From Callorhinchus milii (Eukaryota): a stretch of 64,000 bases of DNA. The stretch spans positions 59,150,001-59,214,000 of the forward strand of contig NW_024704742.1 in the NCBI RefSeq assembly GCF_018977255.1, given 5' to 3'. Position 1 is the first letter of the stretch, and every line of letters starts with the position of its first letter. The position numbers and the translations under genes were made by a program. The notes under the pieces are model-generated. The model saw nothing but the letters and a program-made list of their open reading frames with translations, searched no databases and had not been told where the DNA came from. Shown piece after piece: positions 52,790 to 64,000 of the stretch.

Positions 52790-53330
52790 TGTGTGTGTGG
52801 AGGGGAGGGGCTGTGGATGCAACTAAAGAGATAAATTGTTAGACAAGTCTGGAAAGTAGAGAGGGAGGAGGTGATTTCAGACTTGCTGAGGATGGGCAAA
52901 AGGGTGAAGATTTTCAAGCAGATGGTGAGATGGAGTGGGCAGGGGACATGCAGCAGGCCAGAGTTAGCAGAGTGGAGCTCATGGACAGGGAGTTGAGTCA
53001 TCGGAGCACAGAGCCAGGGCAGCACAACACCTTGAAGGTATTTGAAAGTAAAGGATCCATTGAGGGATAGAGTAGATCCAATGGGGGAAAGAGAGTTAGT
53101 GGAATTGGGCAAGCAGGGCATTGGAAAATCCTGGATGAAAAGTTTAAAGTAGAGTTGAGGAATGAACGAAAAGCCCAGGTTCCACACAGGCACAGTGAGT
53201 TGGAGTGAGTTAATGGGTAGGTCAGTATAGTCAACATCTGAGGTGAGAAAGCACTGATAGGAGCCAAGTAGGTCAGCATCAGTTTTGTCGACATTGAGTT
53301 AACCTCAGAGGTCCCGGACTGCAGATAAGA
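52790..53330 (-). mobile_element. Old L2 ORF2 fragment
   Basis: PVWNLGFSFIPQL, SGLLHVPCPLH, DADDTDLY-like region near 53270. Confidence 0.65.
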
Positions 53331-53837
53331 ATTTTCAGTCAGAATTCCTATTATTCTGCATCCAGAAACTTCTGCTATTAAGTACTTGTTTGCAAAGGTC
53401 AAGCGAAGACAGACTTAGGTTCATCTCCGAAGCTCCAAATAGTTACAAATTCTGTCCAGGCTCACACATGAAGAATGCAGTGCTCTGATTTACACCACAC
53501 TAAACCTGCTGTACAGCACACAGTTCAGATCACTGCAAATTAAGGACCCAGGCCCTAGAGGGAGTGCAGAGGAGATCAACAAGGATGAATATTATCAGTT
53601 TTAATTAATTTCTCACAGAGTTAATCATTGCATTTGCTCTAGCACCTATAACATGATGTCTCAAAGTTCTTCAAAGGTAATTGCTCTGGAGCATAGCAAT
53701 AGTGTGTTTGTTGACACATGCAAAAGTTAATTTAAGCAAAGCAAATTCCCACATATGCCCTTCAAGTGAATGACTGGTTTATCTGGGGATTGTCGGCCAC
53801 AACTCAAAAAGAAACTGCCTGCTTCTTTGAATGATAC

Positions 53838-54085
53838 TATAATAATCCTTGCATTTGATATAGCACTTTTCGTGATGGGAATGACATCTCAAAGTGCTTC
53901 ATAGAATATACTGTGGTATAAAGTGCAGTGATTGTATTTTGTAGGCAAAATACCTCTTTGGCTTAACGCCTCAACTGAAGGACGCGTCTTTGACCATGCG
54001 GCACACCCTCTCAGCATTGCATTGGAGTGTCATCTTGGACCATATCAATTCCGGCGTGGAGCTTGAGTCCACAACCTTCTGAATT
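53838..54085 (-). mobile_element. Deu-type SINE with internal deletion
   Basis: Tail ataatccttgcatttgatatagc; head-proximal ccacaaccttctga. Confidence 0.7.
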
Positions 54086-56361
54086 AGAATGTAAAAGGGG
54101 CCACCAAATGTAAGCATTATTATTTACTATTACTATCAAATTGAATGACTCGTGAAAGGCCTTCACAGTGGAACTTGCTTATTGTATGTACTTCCAAAAT
54201 AAATTATCACAAATTATTGTTTTTCTCTGTGAGTGAGGGTGGAATTGGAATGTAAATAGGGCATGTGGTCACAAACAATTAATAACCTGCGAAATAGTCC
54301 AAAAAATTGTTGGGAGGACTTATCTTGTGAACAGTTCTAAGTCTCCATGGAGAGTATGCTTCCCTGGAGGTCTAGGAGCATTGTGTGAGGAAGACCGTTA
54401 TCCAAGCTTGGATTTTCCAGATTAAATAAATACTAAAGATTTAATACAATCAACTGGGAGAAATATCCACACAAGGATATTTTCTACTGTAATAGGAAGA
54501 ACCATGCCAGTTATTTCAGAGAAACAGAATTTCATAAAGGTTATTTTTTGCGTTATTTGACGATTTCATATATATGGGTTGAACATCATAAGTTTTAATA
54601 AAGTTAAATGATTTCCTGTTAATGCTAAACTCCTGATAGCCAATCTGTCTCAGCCGTAAGTGTTGGGTATGTTGTTTCAGTTAAGATGCTTACAAGGAAT
54701 AGTTATTGGATGATACCCATTATAAGAAGTTCTAAAGTACAGAATTATACTTTCATATGTATTAATGAAGATTTGAAAGTCTTTTCTATTTAATGCACCA
54801 TTTTGTGTCAACTTTAAAGATAACGAGGGCTGAAAATTAAAATTATTCACAGCTTTGCTGCCATATGTTTCCAGTCTCAATTACCACTGCAAGATAAAAA
54901 CAAATTCATTTTGTGATCAATTTCTGTCTCTACTGAAGACGTTTTCCTTTGCTGACTCCTTAAGCTGCAATAAGGGCACAAAAAGAAATATTTTTCAGCA
55001 ATTTTTCTGAATACTATCTCAGCAGATAAGGCTGCGTTCAACGTTTCTGGATTCTGACCCACAGCCTTTTTATTCTCAACATTCATCAGATCTTCAATGT
55101 GCAACAGTGGCAATATTTTTCAACCGACTTGTCTTTTTTTATACAATGCTGAAAAAGAGAGAGCTGGGATATTCCCTCTGAGACTTCGAGGGAAAGATTT
55201 TTGCATTGCATGCTGTCACTAGGCAAGTTCACATATCCACAATTTCTAGCAGAAATTAGTCAGTCAGTTGTCACACAAGCAAGGATAAAGTCACACCAGT
55301 CTTAATTAGCCATGAACTGCAATATTCACATTATGCAGCCCATACAGTGACAAATTCTAGTTTAAAAAAAACTTGGCATTTTGTCACTCCATCATTGCTT
55401 TCGCAGTGGAGACAAATTTTTAAAAACATTTATATTAAAAAAAAACTTAAAAAAACAGAAACTAGCTATACTGGAAGTTGTTCAGCAGTTAACAATAATA
55501 ACATAATAAAAGTAATCCTTGCATTTGATATAGTGCCTTATCACATTGTCGAGAATTCTCAAAGGACTTCACAGGATTTACTGTTAATTTAGTCACTGTA
55601 TTTTGGAGCCAAGTAGGCCAGCTCATTTTCACACAGCAATGTCCCACAAACAAGTCAATATGAATATGTCACTGAGGGGTTGGGCTCCTATTATGCTGAA
55701 TATTTGACTACTGTTATATTTAATGTTCATTATTAAGCATTCAGTTATCCATTTTGCTTCCATATCGAAAGAAGTGAGCATAACACACATATATTTATTT
55801 ATCCTGAGATTTCAATGCTACCTTGTAGCGGTCCAGGGCATATATAACAAGCAAAGCTGGGCTCTCTCATATAATTGACAATTTGTACAAATCACAGGGA
55901 CTGTCTGTGATAAAGGTCACAACAGAAACCTTCACTGGAGGTGCAGACGATTAATATTACAGGGAGAACCTTTGAACTCCTGTGTAATGTTCTGCTCCTT
56001 CCACAGAGTTATCTTGTGTAATGCTTCAAAAAGCTCCCTCGTGTAATACGCTCCTCACAGAGAGATTTGTAGTTAGCACTGAAGTGCAGACACCTGGTAA
56101 CACTTAGATGAAAAGAAATGCCTGACTATACAGAAATACCAGCAGATACGCTGGAACACTCCACAGAAACGAAACTGAAGACACACCATGCATTTTTGGA
56201 TGTAAATCCCCAAAGGCTTCAATGTCAGTTGAAGAATCAGCCATCTCTAAAACCAGCATGACAGTGTTTCAGATCTTGTGCACTAGTGGCCAGATTTTCA
56301 AAGGGAAACTGCAGGTTGGCAGTATTTTGTTCAATTTTTTTGTACATTTTAAATCTACAAC

Positions 56362-56550
56362 AATAAAAACAGAAAATGCTGGTCATGCACAGCTACATCC
56401 AGTTGAGGTTTCAGGTGTGACCCTTTGACAGTCAGTCACACACAAAACATTCACTTGTCTTTCCTTGTTTACAAGCTGCTTGTAAGTGCAAGTTGCTGCT
56501 GTTGTTGCTTGACCTGCGCTGCATTTTCGGTTTTGATCTGTGATTTCCGA
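56362..56550. mobile_element. Old, degenerate Penelope-pLTR-like fold-back remnant
   Basis: aaaacagaaaatgctgg...gtttcaggtgtgaccctttgacag, then an inverted gacctgcgctgcattttcggttttgatctgtgatttcc. Confidence 0.35.
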
Positions 56551-57730
56551 CGTGGTGTTTGGAAATGTATTAATCAGCAAACAGACAGCGTATGCTGTGT
56601 CTCAAGGGCATGAAAAGTGCCTCGGAATGCAAGCTGCACCACACACCAAAAATCCTCAATTCAAGTCCCGACCTGTGCCCCAATGCATGCTGCTGCATGA
56701 AGTTCGATACTTGGTCCACGCAAGGTCCAACGCATTCCCTGCAAGGGGCCCCACTTGCGCCCCCCTGTGAGCCCCAGAGCATCAGCCACATATGTATCCT
56801 TGAGCCCCATGTGGTCCCGAGACCTCAATTCTAACCTAAGATCACATCTCAGCAGAGTTTTCGCGAGTTAATCTGATGTATCTGGGGTCCCTGCAGGCCA
56901 CACACATTAAGTCCTGAAGCTTTTTCGAGTGTCAAGGGACCAGATGTGCTGCCATCTTCCAGATGAATGATTATTCACACCCATTATCTGTTTGTCTCTT
57001 CAACAGATACATAATATTTACAATCGATCATTTGCTGGGATGAAATTGAAGTGGTTCAGCAGGATGGGGTCCAGTCTTAAAGGAAATAATGAATTATGAT
57101 TTAAAAATAATACTTTTATGTTGCTGAATATATAACGTATGAGGTCCTTGATAGTTATTCCCCAAGTCGATCCATAATATTTGTTCACTCTGGACACCTG
57201 AAGGGTGCTATATAAGTTGTTGTTATTGTTGTTCTTTCAACACACGTTTGTACATTGCATCAGTCATAATGTCACTAGAGAAAAACTGTGCTATTAAAGC
57301 ATGAAAAAGAAAGAAATGTGCCGATTTACAAAATATCTTTTGTGGCCATATTCAAAGACTTTTCGCATTTGCCTCAATTTCATTTTGCACCGAAATGAAA
57401 TGGAAACAATTTCTGGTACTTCTGCCCCAATTTTGCTTTTCAAAATTTAACAATTGGGATTAAACCCTCTTTGTTATCCCACTGGAGAGGAACGTGATTC
57501 TCATAGCCGATGTTTCGAACACATCATTTAGAAAATATTGCACATGTTTTTTTATGGGGAGACATTCCACATGGGTAGAAATTTTATTATTTTTATATTG
57601 CATTTCAGAGCGTCCAGAATTTGGCAAATTGTTGAATTCAGTCTTATCTTTGATGTTGGTTTCCTGTAGTTCTTATAATATTTGATACATTGCCTACAAA
57701 ATTGTGCAATGTTTCTGTGATGTGCAGTGT

Positions 57731-58385
57731 CAACAACAACAACAAGATTCCATTTATTGAGCGCCTTTCACGTCGGGAGGACGTCCCAAGGCGCTTTACA
57801 GTTGGGTCAGGGTGAGGGGAGGGAAGGGAGGGACCGAGGATGGGGGAAATGGTCAGGGTGAGGGGAGGGAAGGGAGGGAGCGAGCAGGGGGGAAATGGTC
57901 AGGGTGAGGGGAGGGAAGGGAGGGAGTGAGGATGGGGTAGAGAGTCGAGAGGGGAGCTGAAGGCACAGTCAAAGAGAAAGGTTTTGAGACCGGCCTTGAA
58001 GGAGGAAAGGGAGGAGGCGGCGAAGGCACTGGGGGATAGAGTTCCAGAGCCTCGGGGCTGAGAGGCTGAAGGCCCGGCCACCGATAGTAGGGCGGTTGGG
58101 GCGGGGGATGTGGAGCAGACCGGAGCCAGAGGAACGGAGGGTACGGGCGGGTAGGTAGGGGGATAGTAGGTCAGAGAGGTAGAAGGGAGCAAGGCCGTGA
58201 ATGGGCTTGTAGGTGAGGATGAGGATCTTGAATTCGATCCTCTGGGGGATGGGGAGCCAGTGGAGGCGAGCGATGGTGGGAGTGATGTGGTCGCAAAGCC
58301 TGGTGCGGGACAGTACACGAGCTGCAGAGTTCTGAATGACCTGCAGCTTGTGGAGGGAGGTGCCGGGAAGGCCGGCGAGGAGGAC
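57731..58385 (-). mobile_element. Young L2 3' fragment with a triplicated G-rich unit in its 3' UTR
   Basis: LLAGLPGTSLHKLQVIQNSAARVL...HITPTIARLHWLPIPQRIEFKIL; ggtcagggtgaggggagggaagggaggga occurs three times at 57805-57926. Confidence 0.95.
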
Positions 58386-58574
58386 TACAAATCTGTGACT
58401 ACAGATAAATAGAAAATCAGCTTTAAAATTAAAAGTGTATTTTGAAGAATTTGCCAAATTTTGAAATGCTAAGAAAATAGAGGGAAAATCGTGACAGGAT
58501 GGAATATCTACTCTGCAATAATTATGTACAAATCAGAACTGCAAGTAATCCTAACATTCAATATGGATCTTACA

Positions 58575-58850
58575 CTACCATTGGTGGCCGGGCTTTCAGC
58601 CTCTTTGCCCCCACACTCTGGAACTCCATCCCACAGTCCTTTCATTTCGCTTCCTCCCTTGCCTCCTTCAAGGCCGGTCTCAAGACCCTCCTCTTCGATC
58701 GTGCCTTCAAGTCACCCTCCCACCTCTCTGGCTTCCCTCACCCATACACCACCCCTCCTTCGTGCTCGGGTCCTGACCCCTGACTGTCCAGCGCCTTGGG
58801 ACGTCCTCCCTACGTGAAAGGCTCTCTATAAATGTAATTTTGTTGTTGTA
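58575..58850 (+). mobile_element. L2 3' fragment, inverted relative to 57731-58385
   Basis: TIGGRAFSLFAPTLWNSIPQS...SFKAGLKTLLFDRAF; (TTG)n tail. Confidence 0.9.
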
Positions 58851-59504
58851 TACTGCAGTTGATACACTAGAAACGGGTTTTCAACAGCACATCCTCAGTA
58901 CTCAGCATAGTATAGCAAAGGGTAAAATGAATCTCAATGTGAAAGCACTATTCTACAATTATCCTTGATACTAGAACATTAGAATTCAACTGAGCATGAG
59001 TTGAATCTTAACCGCATGCTCATCAGAATGTGGACGCTGACACAACAATATTCCTCAGGGTCACATCTCCTGTCGACTGTTCCTGGTTTGCAAATCTCTG
59101 GGGAAGACCCGTATTCAAATTAATTGACATAAACCACTCAGTTACACTTATGTTCACAGCTTAAAAAAAATAGATGTTAAACAAATATTATGGATCGACT
59201 TGGGAATTAAGAATCAAAATGGTTAAGGTGATTTTTTTTATTGGTTACCAATTTGACTCCAAATTACAGGACGTTCTTTGGCACAGCCTTCTGGTGTGAA
59301 AGGTGCAATATCTAATTAATGATCGTGATGTATTATTAATGTAGCAAGTTTCTGAAAAAGTAATACCTGAAGTCATATATATGTATGTTATATATGTGTA
59401 ATAAATACATATATGTATATACAATAGATGTAAAATATACACACAAAACCCAATCAATTATTACTGATATCAATAAATAGAAAAGAGCATTGCCTTTATT
59501 TTAC

Positions 59505-59679
59505 CTTGTTGCACTGAAGAGCAAAGCGCTTTGAATATGAATGGCTTGTGTTGCCCAAACATGGGAACCTGCATACCCACTGCTCTGAACACGTGGCCAA
59601 TGTGTTCACCACAATTTTGTCAGACAGATGTTCAATACCTCTTTGGGGCATTTTTCTGTTCTTCAGCATCACTTGATAC
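59505..59679 (-). CDS. Internal coding exon of an unidentified minus-strand gene (phase 2 to 0): YQVMLKNRKMPQRGIEHLSDKIVVNTLATCSEQWVCRFPCLGNTSHSYSKRFALQCNK
   Basis: Acceptor ttatgtag|G (alternative ttctgtag|TTA at 59687), donor AAG|gtaaaa, 58 open codons, non-repetitive sequence; end phase matches the 40818 exon. Confidence 0.7.
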
Positions 59680-60019
59680 CTACATAACTACAGAAATATC
59701 TACCTGAAATTGATCTCATCTATGCACACCAGCTGTTTTATTATTTTAAAAAAAGTATTATAAAAGACACCAGGAACTAAATTCTTTGCCAAGAAGGTTA
59801 GATGTCCAATGAAATGTCTTTTCTTGCCTTTTATGAACAAATGGGAATATATAAAAAAAAATAGGAACAGGTGGAAGCTGTTCAACCCATCGAGCCTTTT
59901 CCACCAATTTTTAGATGTTTGACAGATCTTTTATTTTCAACACCCTGTTTTTTTTGCCAAACTCTGTCAAAACATTTGTCAAAATGCCTCTGCACCCCAA
60001 GTATCGGTCTGTGTCTGTT

Positions 60020-60450
60020 AGGTGGGCCCATGGTATCCAGAGCATTGCTGATAACAGCACAGCCAGCCTGGATCAACGGCAGGACTAGTCACTGAGGGCA
60101 AGAAATCATCTCACTCAGCTCCTATTAACCCTGCAAGCCAAAGCTCTAATGGGTATAGTGGTCCTAGCTTTCCAGATAGCAATATCAATGGCAAGCTATG
60201 CAGTTTTAGCTGGTTACTCCAGCAGTAACCCAACGCCTTGGCTCTTGCCAACCTGCACCTAATACTTTACCGAATTCGGTAAGCAAGACGCGTCCCTCCA
60301 GGGAGTGTGTGCATTTCATTCGAACAATCTAGCTCTGGGATTTCCATGTGTAGGTGGGATGCATGGAAATCTTAACTTGGTTTGGACACTCCTCAACATG
60401 GTGATGGGTTTCCGCATGTGTCCGACACCCGGCTGACCCCCAAAAAATCT
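60020..60450 (+). repeat. Unclassified interspersed repeat, most complete copy
   Basis: Matches 25430-25725 plus 26190-26270, 40935-41140, 35583-35662 and, inverted, 15738-15818. Confidence 0.7.
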
Positions 60451-61216
60451 GTCTCTTTTAAACATCCCTATTGATTTTACCTCTACAGCTCTTTGGGGCA
60501 GAGCTTTGCAGAACTTTAAGTAAACTAGTTGTTATTTCAAGTTCATCATCACTGGATGCTACTCTCTATTAACAAGATCACATCCTGCACAAACACGGTT
60601 AGGAATGTCGGGATCAAATCAATTTTGTTAGTGTTTCATTCTGCATTTGTAATACCTGCTCTAAACCCTCACCATTCTCATCACCATTTTTTCCCCTCTC
60701 TGCCCCATCTGAAAATGTCATTTGAGCTCCTCTACTAAAATATGATTCTGCATCGTCCACTGGTACCTAAACAAAGTGACTAACCTTGTTTGATGATTGG
60801 AGGATGTGGGGCTATAGGGAGAAAAGGAAGAAGTGGGGTCTCCTTGGAGCTGAACTGGCTCCAAGGTGACATGCCTGGCAATGGAGTGTCAGAATCGAGC
60901 CAGCCCTCTGCGGCAGTCTTGCTAGTGCAGTTCCTGAACTAGATTGGTCCACAGTACTCCAAGCCACTGCAAAAATTGACAGTAGACTAGAATCTGAACC
61001 TTCAAGCCTCTGTACATTATAGCTTAGTGTGGCAACTCCTTTACCAACCAGACCATCCGGAGCTCTTTATTTTAATTTTACTGCTGAGAAAATATTGCTT
61101 TACAAAATCAGTTACATCACATTCAATACTGAAATTAAACCAATATTAAACTCAATGTGTCAGACAGGTTTTTTGTTTGTACTAAAAAGCCTCCTGTTTA
61201 ATGCCAGAGCATGCAC

Positions 61217-61258
61217 CTCAGCAACATGAACACAACAGCTCTAATCCACATCGGCAAT
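61217..61258 (-). CDS. Possible 42 bp micro-exon (phase 2 to 2): LPMWIRAVVFMLL(R)
   Basis: Acceptor tatttcaatttcag|A, weaker donor GAG|gtgcat; phase fits the 59679 exon, but it is short enough to arise by chance. Confidence 0.2.
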
Positions 61259-62199
61259 CTGAAATTGAAATATGCATTCAAACAAAATAATTCAATTTAG
61301 GGCTTAAGTGATTAGACATAGTGATTTTTTAACATGTATTTTAGGCTTGATCTGCTAGGCATGTGGGCATACCGATCGCTAACAAGTAACTGTAAAATCT
61401 ACAGCAAACAATACACAGAAATAGATTGCTTTACACTAGGGCTTGAAGCAAACCAAATGATTTTAATGACAAATCCATCTGGAAGATTTGAGTCCTGATG
61501 AAGTCGCAAGCCTGGCTACAATATCAAGAGATTGTTTTTCTCTAAACTACAATGTCATAAAACAGAGATATTGTATTATGTAGGAGCTCAATTCCAGAAT
61601 CCTTCTGACCCATTCTCTCCCTGAACCTCAATCAAGGTCCATTTCAAGGCATTCCTATTTCACCACACTCTCAGTCGTCCTTCACCTCTGGCTTCCATCC
61701 CCAGCTTGAGTGCCCGCAAAGTTAGGCGCTCTGGAACGTCCTCTCAATGTGGAAAGGTGCTAGATGTATTTTATATATATTGTGCATTTCAACCACAAAG
61801 TACACAGTCACTCTATTTTACAATATATTCTGTGAAGCGCTTTGAGACATCTCAATGACGTGATAAGACACAATATCAAATGCAAGGATTATTATATAAA
61901 TGGAAATTATATTGTACTGCATTATAATATTTGGTTCAAACAAATTATCTTAAAATCAATAGAATTCACCAAGATGTTTTCTTCCTCACCAGCTCTTTTG
62001 CCTGTACTCTCCTCTGGGAGTGGGTGAATGCTGAAACATGACTGTGACCGTGTCATGCCAGTCAATGTTTCAGGCAGCGGGAGGCAGACTTGTGGTTAAG
62101 TATAAGCAAATTGCAAAATACTGCAGTTGCTGGAAAAACTGCAGATACAGCCTCTCTCTGTGGCTCCCTGGTTCATTCCTCCATCAACAACAACAGTTG

Positions 62200-62815
62200 C
62201 TCTCCTCGTTCCTATGCCAGTGCAGGAGATGCAATACCTGCCCTTTTACCTCCGCCAATACCATTGTTCAGGGCCCCAAACACAGTTATCAAGTAAGACA
62301 GCGATTTACGTGTGCTACCACCAATGTATTTTACTGCATTCGCTGCTCACAATGTGGTCTCCTCTACATTGGGGAGACCAAATGCAGATTGGGTGACTGA
62401 TTTGCCGAACACCTCCATTCTGTCTGCAAGTACAACCCTGAGCTTCCGGTTTCTTGTCAACTCTCCCTCACACTCACACTCTGACCTCTCCATCCCTGGT
62501 CTTCTACACTGTTCCAATGAACCACAGCCCAAGCTCGAGAAACAGCACCTCATTAATCTGCTGGGGACTTTACAGTCCTCTGGCCTCAATATTGATTTCA
62601 ATAATTTCAGACCATAATAGCACACCTTCCCCCTCCCCCTCTTCTGAGACCATTACCACATCATCTGGGTCCCAGACACACCCTTTCTCTCTCTGGTCTG
62701 CCTGTTTTGTTGCAATTACCACTCCCCTGGCCTTTGTTTTGCATTGTTAACACCTCTATTCCCCTGTTTTGTTGCAATCCCCCCCTTTGTTGTGCATCAT
62801 TAACACATATTTAAC
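62200..62815 (+). mobile_element. Penelope-like retroelement, 3' part: degenerate GIY-YIG endonuclease plus 3' non-coding region
   Basis: Translation CRRCNTCPF...RFTCATTNVFYCIRCSQCGLLYIGETKCRLGD*FAEH...LEKQHLINLLGTLQSSGLNIDFNNF matches the Penelope C-terminal GIY-YIG layout; disrupted by a stop and a frameshift. Confidence 0.9.
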
Positions 62816-63867
62816 ATAACATGTAGGAGCAGGAGTAGGCCATTCGGCCCTTCGAGCCTGCCCCACCATTCAATCATAGCTGATTTTCTAATCTAACTCC
62901 AGCTAATAACCTAACCCTGACTTATCCCCATATCCCTTAATTCCTTTTGCAATAAGAAATCTATCTCAGTCTTGAAGATGTTTAAGGACTGAGCGTCAAC
63001 AGCCCTTTGGGGTAGTGAGTTCCATACATTCACCACCCTTTGAGTGAAGAAGTTCTTCCTCAACTCAGTGCGAAAGGCTGGCCTCTGATTTTAAGATTGT
63101 TACCCCTGGTTTTAGTTTCTCCAACCAAGAGAAACAATCTCCCACTATCTACTCTATCATGCCCTTTGATGATCTTATAGGTTTCTATAAGATCCCCTCT
63201 AATTCTTCTATATTCTAGAGAATATAGGCCCAAACTGATCAGCCTATCCTCGTAACTCAACCCCTTCATCCCTGGTACTAACCCAGTAAATCTACGCTGC
63301 ATCCCCTCCAAGGCAAGTACATCCTTCCTTAAATGAGGAGACCAAAACTGCACACAGTATTCCAGGTGTGATCTCACCAGGGCCCTATGCAGTTGCAGTA
63401 AGACTTCCCTACTCTTATACTCTAATCCTTTCATAATGAATGCTAACATACCGTTCGCCTTCCTAATTGTTTGCTGCACCGCAGACTAACTTTCTGTGAT
63501 TGGTGTACAAGTCCCTCTGGACGCTAACACATTCCAATCTCTCCCCTTCTAAAAAATAACCCGCTCTACTGTTTTTGCTACCTAGGTGGATGACTTCACA
63601 CTTCCCTACGTTATACTTCATCTGCCACCTACCTGCCCAATCACCTAACCTATCTATGTCTCGATGCATTTTTCTAATGTCGTCCTCTGTGTTGACACTT
63701 CCTCCTAGTTTTGTGTCATCCGCGAATTTAGATATATTAACCTTGTTGCCCTCATCTAGATCGTTGATGTAGATGGTAAATAGCTGAGGACCAAGTACTG
63801 ATCCTTGTGGCACTCCTCTAGTCACATCCCACCAATCTGAAAAGGACTTGTTTATCCCTACTCTTTG
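62816..63867 (-). mobile_element. CR1-clade LINE, 5'-truncated (RT C-terminus and 3' UTR), inserted in the Penelope element
   Basis: ORFs 63463-63825 (GVPQGSVLGPQLFTIYINDLD...KFADDTKLGG) and 63060-63479 (KANGMLAFI...LEYCVQFWSPH...RRIRGDLIETYKI); 3' UTR matches the copy at 11821. Confidence 0.95.
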
Positions 63868-64000
63868 TTAACCCATCATCCCCTGTCCTCTATGCCACTT
63901 TCTCCTTTGTCTTCCTTGCCCTGCCTCCCCCCTCTCTGTTAGCCCTTAAAGACCTCTCCTTCCCAACATGCCCCAGTTCTGATGAAAGATCGTGAACGCG
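63868..64000 (+). mobile_element. Resumed Penelope 3' region/pLTR with the start of a hammerhead-like core, cut by the window end
   Basis: Pyrimidine-rich stretch, then cagttCTGATGAaagatcgtgaacgcg (CTGATGA at 63979-63985), a diverged version of the motif at 10797-10825 and 28429-28460. Confidence 0.6.

Noticed and set aside
56570..56834. Overlapping ORFs in a GC-richer patch
   Set aside because: No splice signals, domain similarity or phase link to the gene.

Overview
AT-rich, repeat-dense vertebrate genomic DNA. The mix of Deu-type tRNA SINEs with (TTA)n tails, L2, CR1, RTE and Penelope elements points to a cartilaginous fish, possibly a chimaera; this is an inference. Most long ORFs in the supplied track are retroelement debris or chance. 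Reading the minus strand by hand gives four phase-compatible GT-AG exons of an unidentified protein-coding gene (59679-59505, 40818-40733, 29988-29889, 25259-25161), plus a possible Cys-rich last exon (11668-11552), so most of the window is probably intronic. The most striking system is Penelope-like: a GIY-YIG endonuclease remnant (about 62200-64000, split by a CR1 insertion) ends in a hammerhead-ribozyme-like motif. Three or four short non-coding insertions carry the same hammerhead core with an inverted arm, and two of them have 12-14 bp target-site duplications. Also seen: two SINE head types sharing an L2-derived 3' stem-loop, an unclassified ~450 bp repeat in five copies, nested insertions, a perfect 25 bp long-range inverted repeat, and several enhancer-like islands. 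No database searches were possible, and repeat boundaries are approximate.
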